Shown piece by piece: positions 49,881-62,783 of a stretch of 64,000 nucleotides of DNA. The notes under the pieces were generated by a model that saw only the letters and a list, made by a program, of their open reading frames with translations, was not told the origin of the DNA and did no database searches. This DNA comes from Tubulanus polymorphus. Its lineage: Eukaryota > Animalia > Nemertea. Within the stretch, counting starts at the first letter, position 1. Each line of letters begins with the position of its first letter. The position numbers and the translations under genes were made by a program. The stretch covers positions 7,463,950-7,527,949 of the forward strand of contig NC_134026.1 of assembly GCF_964204645.1 (NCBI RefSeq). The letters are read 5' to 3'.

Positions 49881-50497
49881 TCAAAATTATTCATGGATGG
49901 AGAGCATTTCTTCGTAATAGATCCTTGACTCAAAAATATGATAATTCCTATGGTGTACGCATTTTTCATAGCTGTTTTATTTTTTTTCATTTTTTTGTAT
50001 GGCCAAAACACTCAATCACTTAACGATCTCAAACTGAATGCCTATGAGATGTATGAATATAATAATTATGAATGTATCTATGCACGAGAATTGTTTTCGG
50101 ATCTTAAAATGCGTTTATTTTTCCTAATCTGTAACGGTAATATTATTCTACTGTAATTTTAGAGTTTTCGTGAGTTGAGACGGTCAATGGATATATATAG
50201 CCCAGATATGGTCCCGGATATGAATTATTATGATTATTACTAATTTCAAAAATTATCATTTTTCTTGTGTCTTCATATACATTTATAATTTAATCAAATT
50301 ATATCTTCTTTATTCATTCTTATAACAAACTGTAGACAGTGCCCTGACTTGATAGTGTTTGGCAATATTTTTACAACAATTTGTCATCTGTTTCTGAGCA
50401 GTTGTACTACTATTTTTTCAAGAATGTGTCAGATATATCATAAACGTGTCTAGTTTATAAAGATATATATTAAGTTTCTAGAATTATGCAAGGAGTC

Positions 50498-50683
50498 AGA
50501 GTTAGATCCTCACTTTGACTTTCCATACAGTCCTGATTTGAAAACCAAGATCTAGTATTATTCTGAAATGTTTGCTAGTTCATATAAACTGTTTATTAAC
50601 AGCTAGCAGACATTTCAGAATAATACTAGATCTTGGTTTTCAAATCAGGACGATATGGAAAGTCAAAGTGAGGATCTAACTCT
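50498..50683. mobile_element. Foldback MITE with ~80-bp arms (left arm truncated in the copy at ~34600-34731)
   Basis: agagttagatcctcactttgactttccata ... tatggaaagtcaaagtgaggatctaactct. Confidence 0.75.
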
Positions 50684-50885
50684 ACTACGGTTTCATCAGT
50701 AGTTGGAGTTTTGTCGTCAACTTTACCGAGGACTTGAAACTGGAAGTCACAGATCACCAACGGAATCTACGATACGTATTATTCACGCTGAAAATCGAGC
50801 TTTTTCCCAACTGACAAGCGGAAATTCTAAGTTACTTAGTTTTACTGAATGAATTACAATCTTGTATCAAACTTCAATACAATGG

Positions 50886-51836
50886 TTATTTGACTGAATT
50901 TCTACAGCGAATTTTCGTACAGAAATATTCACGAATTTCTCGTCCCAGTAGAAGATATATGTAAAAATTAACTACATAGTTAAACATAAAGAATTGTGTA
51001 AATATATCATAAAGAAAATCTCTCTGTTCCACTGAGATTGGTAAAAATGTAGCTATAGTGGATGGAAGTGTAAATATTGCAAATGCGAGTGAAACTGTTA
51101 CAAGCATTATTGTTGTACGTTTTGCTTTTGTAGTTTTCTGATCAGACGAAATCATTTTTGAACCTCTGAATAACTGAACTATTATAACAGAATTTGACGC
51201 TAGAATCAGAATTAACGGTAACAGGTAAATGTAAATGACTATTATGACGAAAAATTTTATCTGGTCAAACAATTTGTAGTAACATCCAAAAAACCGGTCG
51301 GTAAAATGTATGGACAAAGCCGGTGTAAGATTCATAACCAGTACATTCACTGCAGTAATTATCAACATAGTAAATCTAGCGAATCTCGGTGTACATATCA
51401 AACGAGATGTGAACGGGAAGAGCACAACTGCCGCACGTTCCATAGATATTGCTACTATTAACCACGAACTATTGCAGGCTGCAAGGTTCATTGTAAATTC
51501 ATATGTTTGACAACTGATCAGTGAATTCATGATGAATATTGGACCATCTTTAACGTGCAAGAGAACAAACTGTAAAACAGGCAACAGTGTATAATTGAAA
51601 CAGTACGTGAAATCACTGAGAGACAAAACGATAAGATAGTTAGCGTAAGATAAACTGCGGAATCTGCGACTTATCATTATCAGGAAAGTAGCTGAATTTC
51701 CGAAGGCTCCTAACAGGAACACGATAGGCAGAATGACCAGTGGCACAGTGCGGTAGATTCCTGACCTGTTCACCACAGACATGATGACTATGTAACTGTT
51801 ATAAGTTCGGCCGATTTGCATCTGAGTTGAATTCAT
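50886..51836 (-). CDS. Intronless class A GPCR, subfamily F
   Basis: 316-aa intact ORF. Confidence 0.93.
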   Translation of the reverse strand: MNSTQMQIGRTYNSYIVIMSVVNRSGIYRTVPLVILPIVFLLGAFGNSATFLIMISRRFRSLSYANYLIVLSLSDFTYCFNYTLLPVLQFVLLHVKDGPIFIMNSLISCQTYEFTMNLAACNSSWLIVAISMERAAVVLFPFTSRLICTPRFARFTMLIITAVNVLVMNLTPALSIHFTDRFFGCYYKLFDQIKFFVIIVIYIYLLPLILILASNSVIIVQLFRGSKMISSDQKTTKAKRTTIMLVTVSLAFAIFTLPSTIATFLPISVEQRDFLYDIFTQFFMFNYVVNFYIYLLLGREIREYFCTKIRCRNSVK

Positions 51837-52807
51837 GATTCATAGTAATCAACAGTTGAAGGTGTGGACTGAATATATGAATAGAATGACGCAAAATAAA
51901 GCCATGTATAATATCTCGAAACTCACAATATATTGTTCGCCTCTTATCGAAAATCAATTCTCAGAAATCTAACGCAATTTACTCAGATTTTGTGAAAGTC
52001 TATTATTGTGTAAAATATAGATGTAATTAAATTAAATATCAATATTCGTTGTACAAGAATTCATTGTAATTGATTAAATATCTTATAGTAAAACATCTGA
52101 ACGGGTTGGAAAATGTTTGCACAAATTTAATTTGTTCCAAGTAAGCTCAGAATGATATCACAATATCACAATGAACAAGCAGTACAACATAAATGTAACA
52201 AATTGGATATAAATCAATATTCATTGTACAATAATTCACCATAAATATCCTATAGTAAAACATCTGAAAATGTACATACTGTTTGAAAATGCTTGCACAA
52301 GTTCAAATCACACATCTTGTTGGTTCATTTTTGTAATTTTCGATTTTTGTGTGCAATGATAAAGTGCTGGAATGTATGACAGACAATTTTGATTTCTGAC
52401 GCTTTGGGAGTTTCACAACCTAACAATGAAATGTATTTTACTAGAGAGTGTGTTGTGTAGAAAAAGTAAACTAAAATAAAACTGCAATGATTTGTGGTAA
52501 AAGAAATTCAATTTTACAAATTGCATGTAATTCCCAGGAGAAATAATAACCATTTAGCAAGTTAATTTGGTGAATCGGCTTTAGGGGGCGGTACCATACG
52601 GTATTAGTCGATTGGGCTGATATTCAAATAAATCCTGGTAGAGATAATGTCGCAACGAATAATTAATACACATCTATCCAAGGTTATACTCAATTCTGGG
52701 TACCTATACTTGCTTACGTACCATGATCACGAGTGTAAGGCGCAGTATACCCGAGAAAAGAAAATGGCGGCCACTATGGGCAGCCATCCCCGCCAAACAG
52801 GCGCTTG

Positions 52808-52930
52808 TGAAGGATAAACCCATAACGTGAAGTATAATGTAGTAATATGAAGGATAAACTCATAACGTGAAGGATTATGTCATGACGTGAAGGATCAACT
52901 CACGTCATCAAGGATAAACCTATTATGTCA
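52808..52930 (+). repeat. ~20-bp minisatellite tgaaggataaactcataacg
   Basis: About 6 degenerate units. Confidence 0.65.
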
Positions 52931-52949
52931 ACAGATGGCGTGCCGGTCG

Positions 52950-53050
52950 GAAATAGACCGGCAACCAGTCTAAAATAATTTCGGTTAAAATGCAAATTCA
53001 TTTTACGCATTTTAACCGAAATTATTTTAGACTGGTTGCCGGTCTATTTC
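52950..53050. repeat. Perfect 44-bp inverted repeat with 13-bp spacer
   Basis: gaaatagaccggcaaccagtctaaaataatttcggttaaaatgc and its reverse complement. Confidence 0.85.
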
Positions 53051-53317
53051 GATAAAATCGCTGCGGCAATTCACGTCGTGATTCACAATCTATGGCTTCA
53101 ATACGTTTTTGAATCACGATTCTAAAGATCGATGCAGTTCGAGATCGAAAACAGTCGCCGCGGATTTCATTGGTTTCGCCTGTGAAGGAATCATTCTACT
53201 ATGCATTAGTAGCGAAAGCTTGTATACAAATGAGACTAGTTAATTCTTACAGAACTATCTTTCTTTCCTTTTTTACTTATTAATGAGTGTTGTGTCAACT
53301 TGAATTCATTAGACAAG

Positions 53318-54262
53318 TTATTTGACTGGAATTCTACAGTGAATGTTCATGCAGAAATATTTACGAATTTCTCGTCCCAGTAAAAGATATATGTAGAAAT
53401 TTACCACATAGTTACACATTTGAAACTGTCCAAATATGTCATAGAGAAAATCTTTCTGTTCCTGTGGGTTTGATAAAAATACAGTAATAGTAATTGGAAG
53501 TGTGAATATTGCAAATGCGAGTGAAACTGTTACAAGCATTATTGTTGTACGTTTTGATTTTGTAGTTTTCTGATCAGACGAAAACATTTTTGAACCTCTG
53601 AATAACTGAACTAATATGACAGAATTTGATGTTAGAATCAAAAATAAAGGCAGTACATAATTCTGGATGACAAATATCGTAAAATATGTTATTTGGTCAG
53701 ACAATTCGTAGTAACATCCAAAAGACTGGTCGGAAAAATGTATCGAAAAAGTAGGAAGGAAATTAATAACCAGGACATTGACCGCAGTTAATGTAAATAT
53801 AACAAATCTAGCGAATCTCGGTGTACATATCAAACGAGATGTGAACGGGAAGAGGACAACTGCCGCACGTTCTAGAGATATTGCTATTATCAGCCATGAA
53901 CTATTGCATTGAACAAGCGCCATTACAAATTCATATGTTTGACAACTGATCACTGAATTCATGATGAATATAGGACCATCTTCAACGTGCAAGAGAACAA
54001 ACTGTAAAACAGGCATCAGTGTGAAATTGATACAGAATGTGAAATCACAGACTGACAAGACGATAAGATAGTTAGCGTAAGATAAACTGCGGAATCTGCG
54101 ACTTATCATTATCAGGAAAGTAGCTGAATTTCCGAACGCCCCAAACAAGAATACGACTGGCAGAATGACAAGTGACACAGTACGATATATTCCAGATCTC
54201 TTCACAACAGACACGAGAACGGTATTACTAAGATAAGCTCGACCAATCTGAGTTGAATTCAT
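53318..54262 (-). CDS. Intronless class A GPCR, subfamily B variant
   Basis: 314-aa intact ORF. Confidence 0.93.
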   Translation of the reverse strand: MNSTQIGRAYLSNTVLVSVVKRSGIYRTVSLVILPVVFLFGAFGNSATFLIMISRRFRSLSYANYLIVLSVCDFTFCINFTLMPVLQFVLLHVEDGPIFIMNSVISCQTYEFVMALVQCNSSWLIIAISLERAAVVLFPFTSRLICTPRFARFVIFTLTAVNVLVINFLPTFSIHFSDQSFGCYYELSDQITYFTIFVIQNYVLPLFLILTSNSVILVQLFRGSKMFSSDQKTTKSKRTTIMLVTVSLAFAIFTLPITITVFLSNPQEQKDFLYDIFGQFQMCNYVVNFYIYLLLGREIRKYFCMNIHCRIPVK

Positions 54263-54879
54263 GATTCTTGAGGATCAAATGAGAACTGACTCTCTGAAAG
54301 TATAGTGAATGTCTGAGAATGTCCTGAGTCTGCGAGTATAACTGACTGTGAGAATGTTCTGGAACTGTCCGTGTCTTCTCGCGTATCGGAAAATTAATCT
54401 AACTTTGACATAAAGAAATCATATAAGTCTTTATTCCATCTAAAATTCATTTGTAGAATTTGTTGTTAATAAATTTTCAGAAATCTAACACAATAGACTC
54501 AGATTTAGTGAAAGTTTATTATCGTGTAAATCAAAGCATCAAAACTTGTATGAAAACATCTGAACAGGTTGGAAAAACAAACCGAATAGTGGGCTCATTG
54601 AGTCTGGGGTCTATTAGATACCCTGTAACGATTGTAACATGATGTACATCGATGAAACGGGTAGCAATCTTGGTCAACGTGTTAAGGAACATACGTAGGG
54701 TAGACATCCGTAATCAAAAACCTGAGAGTGGGATAGCAAACCATGTTTTTACAACCAACCACCAAAATCAACTGATAAAGGGCAGAAGCATCCACGCAGC
54801 TAAAACGAGGGTCTGAAAATTTGAAATTTCAGATATTTTTCTTAAGGCACTTAGTGAGGAAATACATGCTAAATCTTAC

Positions 54880-57670
54880 GCTACATGTGTTATCAACTTC
54901 AAACGTGAACCTTTTAAAGAATAGTTCTTCCTCAGCACGCGCCATCTCTATGGGTTAAAGGGAACTAATTTCGTATTCTGAAGGTTGATATCGTATTTTC
55001 TCGGGTGTCAATTCGTTGAAATCACAAAGGAAATTTTTACAGGAAGAATAGGCTTCAACCATGCATGGTGCGGTAAGAAAAGAGAGAGAGAGAGAGAGAG
55101 AGAGGGAGGGAGGGAGGGAGGGAGGTAGGGAGGGAGGGAGGGAGGGAGGGAGGGAGGGAGGGAGGGAGGGGGAGAGAGATAGCGGGAGAGACCAGTGTAT
55201 ATCCGGGTAGATCGAATTCTATACAGCGTATTAGAGCTTAGAACCGATTCTGAAAATTGAATCCTGTTCATCAACGATAGCAGATCCGCGCAACAGATTC
55301 TGCTGAAATGGAATTAGAAAAAAACTCTCGTCGTAATGTCTTTATCCTTTTTGGAATTAGACGCCAGTCGTCGGAAATTCAATCTAGTTTCTTTTTAACT
55401 GAATTCAATCGAATTTCGCTACTCAATTTTTGCTAAAGAAACTGTTTGATTCGATACTAACGATGACTTATAATCTCTCTTGATTAAAGAATGGACTGTC
55501 TAGTCCACGATCAAACCGGCCGGGGTTCTGTGATTTCTGTGTTTGTGTCAGATTCTCAGTCTCCCGCTGGCAACAGCTCTCTCTTGTCTCTCTTTTACTG
55601 TAATCCATTGACTCTTGATATTAAGAGTTTCGATACAGTATAGTATTCATTTTTCATTAGGTTGTAATTACATTTTATTACATTATTGATATTGCATAAT
55701 ATACAGTGAAAAATGTATGCTTCCGAGGGTGCTGGAATACCGTCGAGCTTTGTCTGTGCCCTACAATCCATAGATTTGCCCTCATTTGGCGTAGTAAAGT
55801 ACCCCTGAAAACCACAAGTTTAATGTTGATTGCCCTTTTTGCCGGGTTTGACACAGAAACTGCCCTCCCCCATAAATGTGAGTGCCCGTACACAATTCGG
55901 AACTCCCTCGAGATAGGGCCCTGGATCCGCCCCTGCAAGGATCTATCGGAGCCGTGCCCGGGGCCTCATTCTTACAGTACTATAGTCATTGTTTCGCATC
56001 TCACAGCTTCGTGTTCTAAAAAATCCCGATTCATTTATTTTGTTGTGAAAAGCCAAGATCGTGTGAAAATTGTGATTTCGTCAATTTGATCCCCGTTGAT
56101 TTCACACATACTTGTAAAATATATACCATAAAACAGACAACTGCATTAAATTCCAAGAGATTTTCATTGCACCATTGCCGAGAAGTGGAGACACTTTTTA
56201 TTCAGATGTATTTTCCGTAAACCATGTCACTACACATACAATATTATGTATAATCGGTATTTATTTTAATACATGATGTGTTACGTGGTTCCGAGGGACA
56301 CAGCGCTAGCCAATAGGCTGACTGGACGTACTTAAAAACTTAAGGCACTGAAACTCAATGACCAGCATCAAACTGATGGTGGTTTGGCCCACACCATTCA
56401 TTATCAGTTGTGACGAGCTGCTATGGTAGTGACTTCTGTTTAAAAACCAAAGTCATTAGTTGGTTTATTTCTCCGATGAAATTAGAGGTACGTAATTGAC
56501 ATTAGAAATTAAGCTTGCAAGTGTAAAGTTCAGGTGCTTCAATAAAATAAACAAAACAGCTAATAAAATATATCTTTCGTTGCAAACTATTTCTAATATT
56601 TTGTGCATTTGTTTGCGAAAATTGGCAGGGCTGCGTTGCGCTGCGGGGGCGCTACAGGGCCAGGCGCTGGTGGGAAGTGGATAGTGAGATATCACCACCA
56701 GAGGGCAGCAGTATCCGGTACGAATGGAACGGACTGAGGCGCGTGTCCTTACTGGAAAAAATAGAGACCGGAATGAATCTAAAAATAGTTGAGAGAATCA
56801 GCTTCAGGGAGCGGTACCGAACGGTCGTAGGTCTAGAGGGCTGATTCTGTGTCTTTTTCTAGCTGAAATAATGACCAGTGGAATTTAGTTCAGCTTAGTT
56901 TTAGAGGGCGCTACCAGACGGTATGAGTCGAGCGGGCCGATTTGCATATAAATCCTAGAAGACTTAATGAATAATTAACGAATGATGATTAATATTTTAT
57001 TTAAAACTTTTATATAAATCAATCACAATACAGATTTCTGACACGAATCTGACAGAAGAACGTGTAACAAATTCATGGACCTAAATCCGGAACAAGCAAG
57101 ACTTGGCACCACTGCAGTCAGTTGACTGATATCGGACCAGTCTATAACCAAACTAACAACAATGTGAGACCATTCTAATGATTGAAAACAATTTTGCACC
57201 TAATCAATAATACTGCTCTTGGGCTCGGTGTCAGTTGTTCGTAGCTTTCATCGAAGACCAGTCTAAAATTCGTTTTACGTTGTTCTATAATAATTTAAGG
57301 CCACCCACTCACAGGCAATTTCCTGTCATTCTATAGCTAAACCAGGTCATTAAGATCTGTTTTAAGAATTTGAAAACGATTGTATACAACCGGCCCCTGG
57401 AGGTGCACACGGGGTCAGAGATAACTAGGAACCAGTCATGCAGGAGAGGTGAATATAGAAGTTTATCAAAAGGAGATGCTTGAGATGATTTGGGAGGCAA
57501 GTAAACCTCAGCAGCAACAGCAGCAGCGACGTTGGCGGCTGAGTTCTGATGACAGCAATTCGCGTCGTGTTTTACGGCTTCATGGAATTTTTATTTCTCT
57601 CGCCCGCGATCCTGAAGATCAATGCAGTTTGAGATCGAAAAATGCCATAGAGCATTTCATTGGTTTCGTC
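54880..57670 (+). repeat. Right copy of the block duplicated at 7186-9260 (with later insertions)
   Basis: Same order and orientation of shared segments. Confidence 0.85.
55081..55180. repeat. (GA)n/(GGGA)n microsatellite
   Basis: Direct observation; the paralogous site at ~7385 has only gagagggatggagag. Confidence 0.95.
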
Positions 57671-58051
57671 TCTCGGTGGATGTTTTAAGAACTCAGTCAC
57701 GTTATAACGAGAACCGTCACGAACGCACTCGAAGAGATCTAAGACCGCACAAATTCAAACGGTTCGACTAATCCCCCCCCAATACTCGGAAACGATTTAT
57801 GCTTCCAGAATACAGGATGCTACATGAAGTCCCTCCTTGAAATGGCATGACTCATGGATTCAACGGACTAGTACGGTCATAAGTCTTCGCCCTGAAACTG
57901 GGTTCTGGACAAAAATCGTGAATTTTGCCCCCTTCGACCGGTTCTAGATCGAGAAGCTGACTGGTCTTAAGTTATCAGATTTGGTATAGAGCATTGGTTT
58001 TAGACTGGTCTTTAGTCTCAGCCCTCACTACCGGCCCTTTAGGTCGGACAC

Positions 58052-58332
58052 TTGATAGTGAGGGTTTCAGGCCTCGGTTTTTCTGAGGTCCGACGCCTGA
58101 TAACGAGGGTTTCAGTTTCTCTGTCAGGTCTGACGCCTGATGGCGTGGGTTTCATGCCTCATTTTCTCCGCGGTCTGACGCCTGATAGCGTGGGTTTCAT
58201 GCCTCATTTTCTCCGCGGTCTGACGCCTGATAGCGTGGGTTTCATGCCTCATTTTCTCCGCGGTCTGACGCCTGATAGCGAGGGTTTCAAGCCTCAGTTT
58301 CTCTGAGATCTGACGCCTGATAACGCGGGTTT
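58052..58332 (-). repeat. 45-bp tandem repeat overlapping the stop of the MS4A-like gene
   Basis: gtctgacgcctgatagcgtgggtttcatgcctcattttctccgcg, three near-perfect units plus degenerate ones. Confidence 0.9.
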
Positions 58333-58994
58333 TTCACTATCGGACTGTAAGATTGTCCCGTTCTACTGGCACCGTGAATCAACTCATACGCGAAATAAGT
58401 CTCACAAATTGAGCTGATTACTCCGGTCACTAATGCGATCAATCTTAACGCAAATGACATTATATGCATGCCAGGGTTCGCTCCCATTAGCGGGCTTAAC
58501 ATGAAATTACGTATTTTTTCCTCATTTGCAATTTCGATGCACGTAAACACGAACGAAGCCAGTCCGGTGAGAGTTGAAAACACAGAGAATATGATACAAA
58601 CCATGAAAACGGTTAGAGTTTGTTTTCTACTGGAAATCAACGTAAACACACCGCTTACTCCGAAAAATGCTGCCATATAAAACACGTTTATATAATGTCT
58701 CTCCGGGTAGATAAGCGTGGACATGTACATCGAGTCGGCGACTATTTCTATCACTGCTGATATGAGGAAACTACTGCCCAGAATCCGACTTCGACGAGGG
58801 TACAGTTGTTTCGATGTGACCGGAAGTTCCGGCAGATCGTGTTGCGTTTGTTCGGCTACGATCGTCTGTTGTTGTTGGTCTGGAACTAGTTCCGGTTCCG
58901 GTGCGGGTAACATACTCTCAACTTCCAGCGTACCATCCTCGCTATCCGCAGTCGGTTCCTCCTGGCAGTTTGTATTCACGTGAATTTCAGCCAT
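58287..58994 (-). CDS. MS4A/CD20-like four-transmembrane protein, uninterrupted CDS
   Basis: 235 aa; acidic/Pro/Gln-rich N-tail, four hydrophobic segments, RILG before TM1, FFGVSGVFTLISSRK in TM2, FSVFS in TM3, SSIC at end of TM4, resembling the CD20-like family pattern. Confidence 0.7.
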   Translation of the reverse strand: MAEIHVNTNCQEEPTADSEDGTLEVESMLPAPEPELVPDQQQQTIVAEQTQHDLPELPVTSKQLYPRRSRILGSSFLISAVIEIVADSMYMSTLIYPERHYINVFYMAAFFGVSGVFTLISSRKQTLTVFMVCIIFSVFSTLTGLASFVFTCIEIANEEKIRNFMLSPLMGANPGMHIMSFALRLIALVTGVISSICETYFAYELIHGASRTGQSYSPIVKNPRYQASDLRETEA

Positions 58995-59190
58995 TTTGAA
59001 AAAATCTGGAAAAAATTCAATAGAATTAAATATTTGATAGAATTATGCAAATGCCAGCCTGCGGGATATTCAAAATTCGGCCGAAATGATTTTGAATCGA
59101 CGAAATAAAATCTACGAATTAAATTTATAATGATTGGTCATTAAATGATAGTTTTTTGTTCAATATTTCCCCTGGAAATAAAAATAATGC

Positions 59191-59262
59191 AGGTTCTACC
59201 GAGATTCGAACTCGGGCTACTGGATTCAAAGTCCAATGTGCTAACCACTACACCATAGAACC
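59191..59262 (-). tRNA. tRNA-Gln (TTG)
   Basis: Identical 72-nt sequence; TTTTT terminator just downstream. Confidence 0.96.
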
Positions 59263-60357
59263 AGTTGTTGTCACCAACTGTTCTGGGCCGTGTTTATTGT
59301 CAGTTTGAGCTGGTCAGCGTGAGGGTTAAAGTCCCTTTCTAGTTATAAATTGTCCTAAGCACGAATAGACTTGTTAGGTAATATTTCAACATTGTTTGCC
59401 TGACGGTGTATTTCATAAGTCTTATTTGTATACTACATGTGTATTATGCCTAGGCCTTAGGTAAACATTACAAGCGCTCACTAGAGGGCGCTTGTTCGTT
59501 TACGTTAGACCTTCTGAGACCTATTTGTTGAAAAGGTTAAAGCTGGTTAAGTGTTAAGCTTGAATTGTTGTCCCCATAGAAAATATGAATTCATCAATCC
59601 AACCAACGATAATTTGACTTTCTCGTGGTCCCGCAGCAGCCATCTTAAAAAACTATCTAGAAATGTGTTATACCATGGGCTCTTCGTTTTAGAGTCCATG
59701 GTTATACGAATAAATGCTATATCGCAAATCAATAAATTACTATGTCTATATGTAATATCAGTAAACTAGAATGTATCGGAATTTCTGTCGTAATTTTGTT
59801 CGAAATACAGAGAGACATAGAGACGACAAGTTGTTGCCTGAAGCTTCTTCCCTAACGATTCATTCTCGACTTGTTGTTTATCATTGCGACGACAGTTCTA
59901 TTAATTCTGCTGGTAATTAAATTTGTTACGTGTTGCTTCCAGCCACACGCGCACCTGCTCATCGTCTGCCGGCAGGTGCGTGTCGGTGACTATTTTGTTG
60001 ATATCGCTCGCATCCAGACAGCGTCGTCACGCAAGTCACGTGTTAATCGTTTTTAAAGATGGCGGATGTATTATTTTTTAGATTGTTGCGTATGATTAAC
60101 TGGTTATTGTTTTATCGTATCGGTTACCATGGATATTTCATCTATTGACGTATCGTATAAAACACCGTCTATCCCGTGTGCTATACCTACGCACCTGATA
60201 CTCAATGAAATATTCAGAAAAAATATTTGAATAATTTTGATGAAATGTAATTGATGAATAGATATTTGTGAAAATATGCAGTCTGAGAAAGCGCCATTTC
60301 TTCCGTTTTCTAATTGAAAAACGAAACTCTCAATTCAGAAAATAAAAAGTTATATGG

Positions 60358-60597
60358 GTTCTACCGAGATCCGAATTGGGGCTACTGGGTTTAGGGTCCA
60401 ATTTCCGCGATCACAAACTTGCATTTGGTTCCGGAAATGACTCACTTCGCTTTGTTTAGTAACTAGTGAGTGGTTTGCATGTGAACGCGCTCTCCAATTA
60501 GGTACGGGCCAAATTTGGCTCGGGCCTGAACCGTGGCAGTTTGGCCCGGGCCAAATCGTCTCGTGTGACCGCGGTCAACGCGCTAACCGTAGAAGCG
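60358..60597 (-). pseudogene. tRNA-Gln pseudogene split by a MITE
   Basis: ggttctaccgagatccgaattggggctactgggtttagggtccaa | insert | caacgcgctaaccgtagaa; flank 60616-60666 matches 59280-59332. Confidence 0.7.
60405..60574. mobile_element. ~170-bp MITE
   Basis: ccgcgatcaca ... tgtgaccgcgg termini (10/11 match) and internal gggccaaa palindromes. Confidence 0.65.
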
Positions 60598-62783
60598 CTT
60601 ATTGTCAGGTGGTGTTCTGGGCCGTGTTTCCTGTCAGTTTGAACTGGTCAGCGTGGGGGTCAAGGTTCCAATTATCCTGCAAATACGTAAATTGGTTTGG
60701 CAATAATGAACCAATATGGTTTGTTTCGTATTGGTTCGAACTTATTCTCACGTCGTCTACAAACCGAACCACAGTCCCTATAATGCTCATAACGCTCAAT
60801 AGGAGGTGCTCTGCAAAAACAGATGACACCCTGTTAAAACTATATGAATCCTTGTGAATTGTTTTTCGTCGAACATGAATTGATGAACCAATAATGAGTA
60901 GATTGAACCAATAGAAAATAAACTAATAAAACCGCTGATTGGGTTTCCGTACTGAATCCCTTACTGGGTGTGTGTATAAAACCCAGGATACTGAACATTG
61001 AACGGAAGTGAGTACCGGATACAGACAGAGTGACTGATGTTACACGGCAAGTTTCAGGTGACGTCATTATCGTTAAATTACCGGAAACTATTACAACTAG
61101 TTACTACTGTCAGCTGCGTGCGCATCCTTGGATTCCACAATCAGGCTGGCAGAAGTCAGTAATGAAAACCATGTAATGTACAAGAATCACATTTTCAGAT
61201 CATTTGTGGCAATACAATATCGAATGTGTGAATAACAAATATTCATATCATACTCTTTTATATTTTACAAGTAAATAACACTAAGGCTGGATGCGTTCCT
61301 GTTTTTTTTTTGTTCCATTGTAAAAGGGTCGTTAATCTGTGAAAGAAATTGAATATATCTATCTGAGACGTAAACAGTTTAATCTCCACTTTCGACAACT
61401 TAAATACAACAACCAGTATCGTTCAGCTAGCCAAATTTAGGGTGTGGTGTTGGGAGACATTATATTTCACTTTTTGTCCGCCGTCACCTGACACCTCGTT
61501 AGCACAATACAAGCAGGTGTGAGCGTCAATACCTGACCTAATTGACAATCGATAAATTCGGCCTTTGAATATGGCCGCCAGGGCAGCCATCTTGAATTTC
61601 TTGTAAGCGCACTACATTCTACAATTCTTGATAGGTTTCAATGAATCTTTTTTTGTGTTAGGATTGGGGTAATTGAGAAATCTACCCTTATTGGAAATAG
61701 AGAATTTCGCTAGTGCAATACAGCTTATAATTCTGCACTGATTTTCATGAAATCTAGTCGCCACGTTCTAGTTTGAAATATCATTAATCGACCAGTACTG
61801 TTGACTCGGGCCACCAGGGAGAATTGATAAATGCCGCTGAAATCGCAAATTATTCCGATATATTGAAAAAGCTACGTGTGTGAGGTTTATGGGTAAAGAA
61901 CGCTATTCTGAATCCCATTAAACACACCAGGTCACAGAACACAGATACGAGAATTCAGGAATATTAATATTATTATGACTTAGGTGATAAGATGAGAAGC
62001 TTAGATTGTCGAGGTTGATTCACTGCATGCACTGTACCCATCATAGATTGGCTTAAGTCCAAATGTGGTCTTAAATCATAAGAGTTAGGTTGATTTTAAA
62101 CAAAAATGAGTTTTAGACTGGTCTTAAGTTGTTAGATTGACTATAGACTAAAATGAGCTGAGAGCGGTTTTAAGCGGTTGGAATACTGATGGCTTGAATA
62201 CTCATGACAAATAGCTTAGACTGGTCTTAAATGTAACTCGAGACTCGCTGCAATTCGCTCCTGGGTTTCATCAAGTAAAAGAGAGGCTGGATGGTGAATT
62301 TCATTTGATTCAGATGATTCCATCTTGTCTTAGTGTGAAATCTAGTTTGTAGTTACTGCGACGATACTTTGTGTTTGGAGATGATATTTTATTCCCACGG
62401 CGTGTTTCAGACCAGACGACAGACAGACAGTGTCTGGGGCAGAATAACTCAATTTTACTTTCATTCTCTGTCATTATTTATTTCACATCCTGTTCCTGCT
62501 TATGACGTGTAGTTCAGCAGCATCTGACAAATTGATGATCCACAAAATGAACACAAAAAATTCGCAGATTCATTAAGAATAACCTACGGATTTAAGAAAA
62601 AATAACAAAAGAAGTTTAATATGCTAACTTACGGTTGCATAAATGAAGAGAATTGCCAAAAATCGAATTGGTTTAATGAAAATAGGTAGGTCAAATACAA
62701 TATGCTAAACTCTACACCATAGCACCATAGCACAGAGTCTATGACCACTCACGCCAAGTTGTTTGAAGAAAATTTAAAAAGCC

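Noticed and set aside
57608-57645. CTGAAGA...GAAA motif (relatives at 25441, 41503, 53121)
   Set aside because: Stem II register wrong, core mutated in relatives, no stem I or III
58287-58352. ITAM/ITIM in the MS4A-like tail (YSPI...YQAS)
   Set aside because: Spacing and second YxxL/I do not fit ITAM; the -2 residue does not fit ITIM
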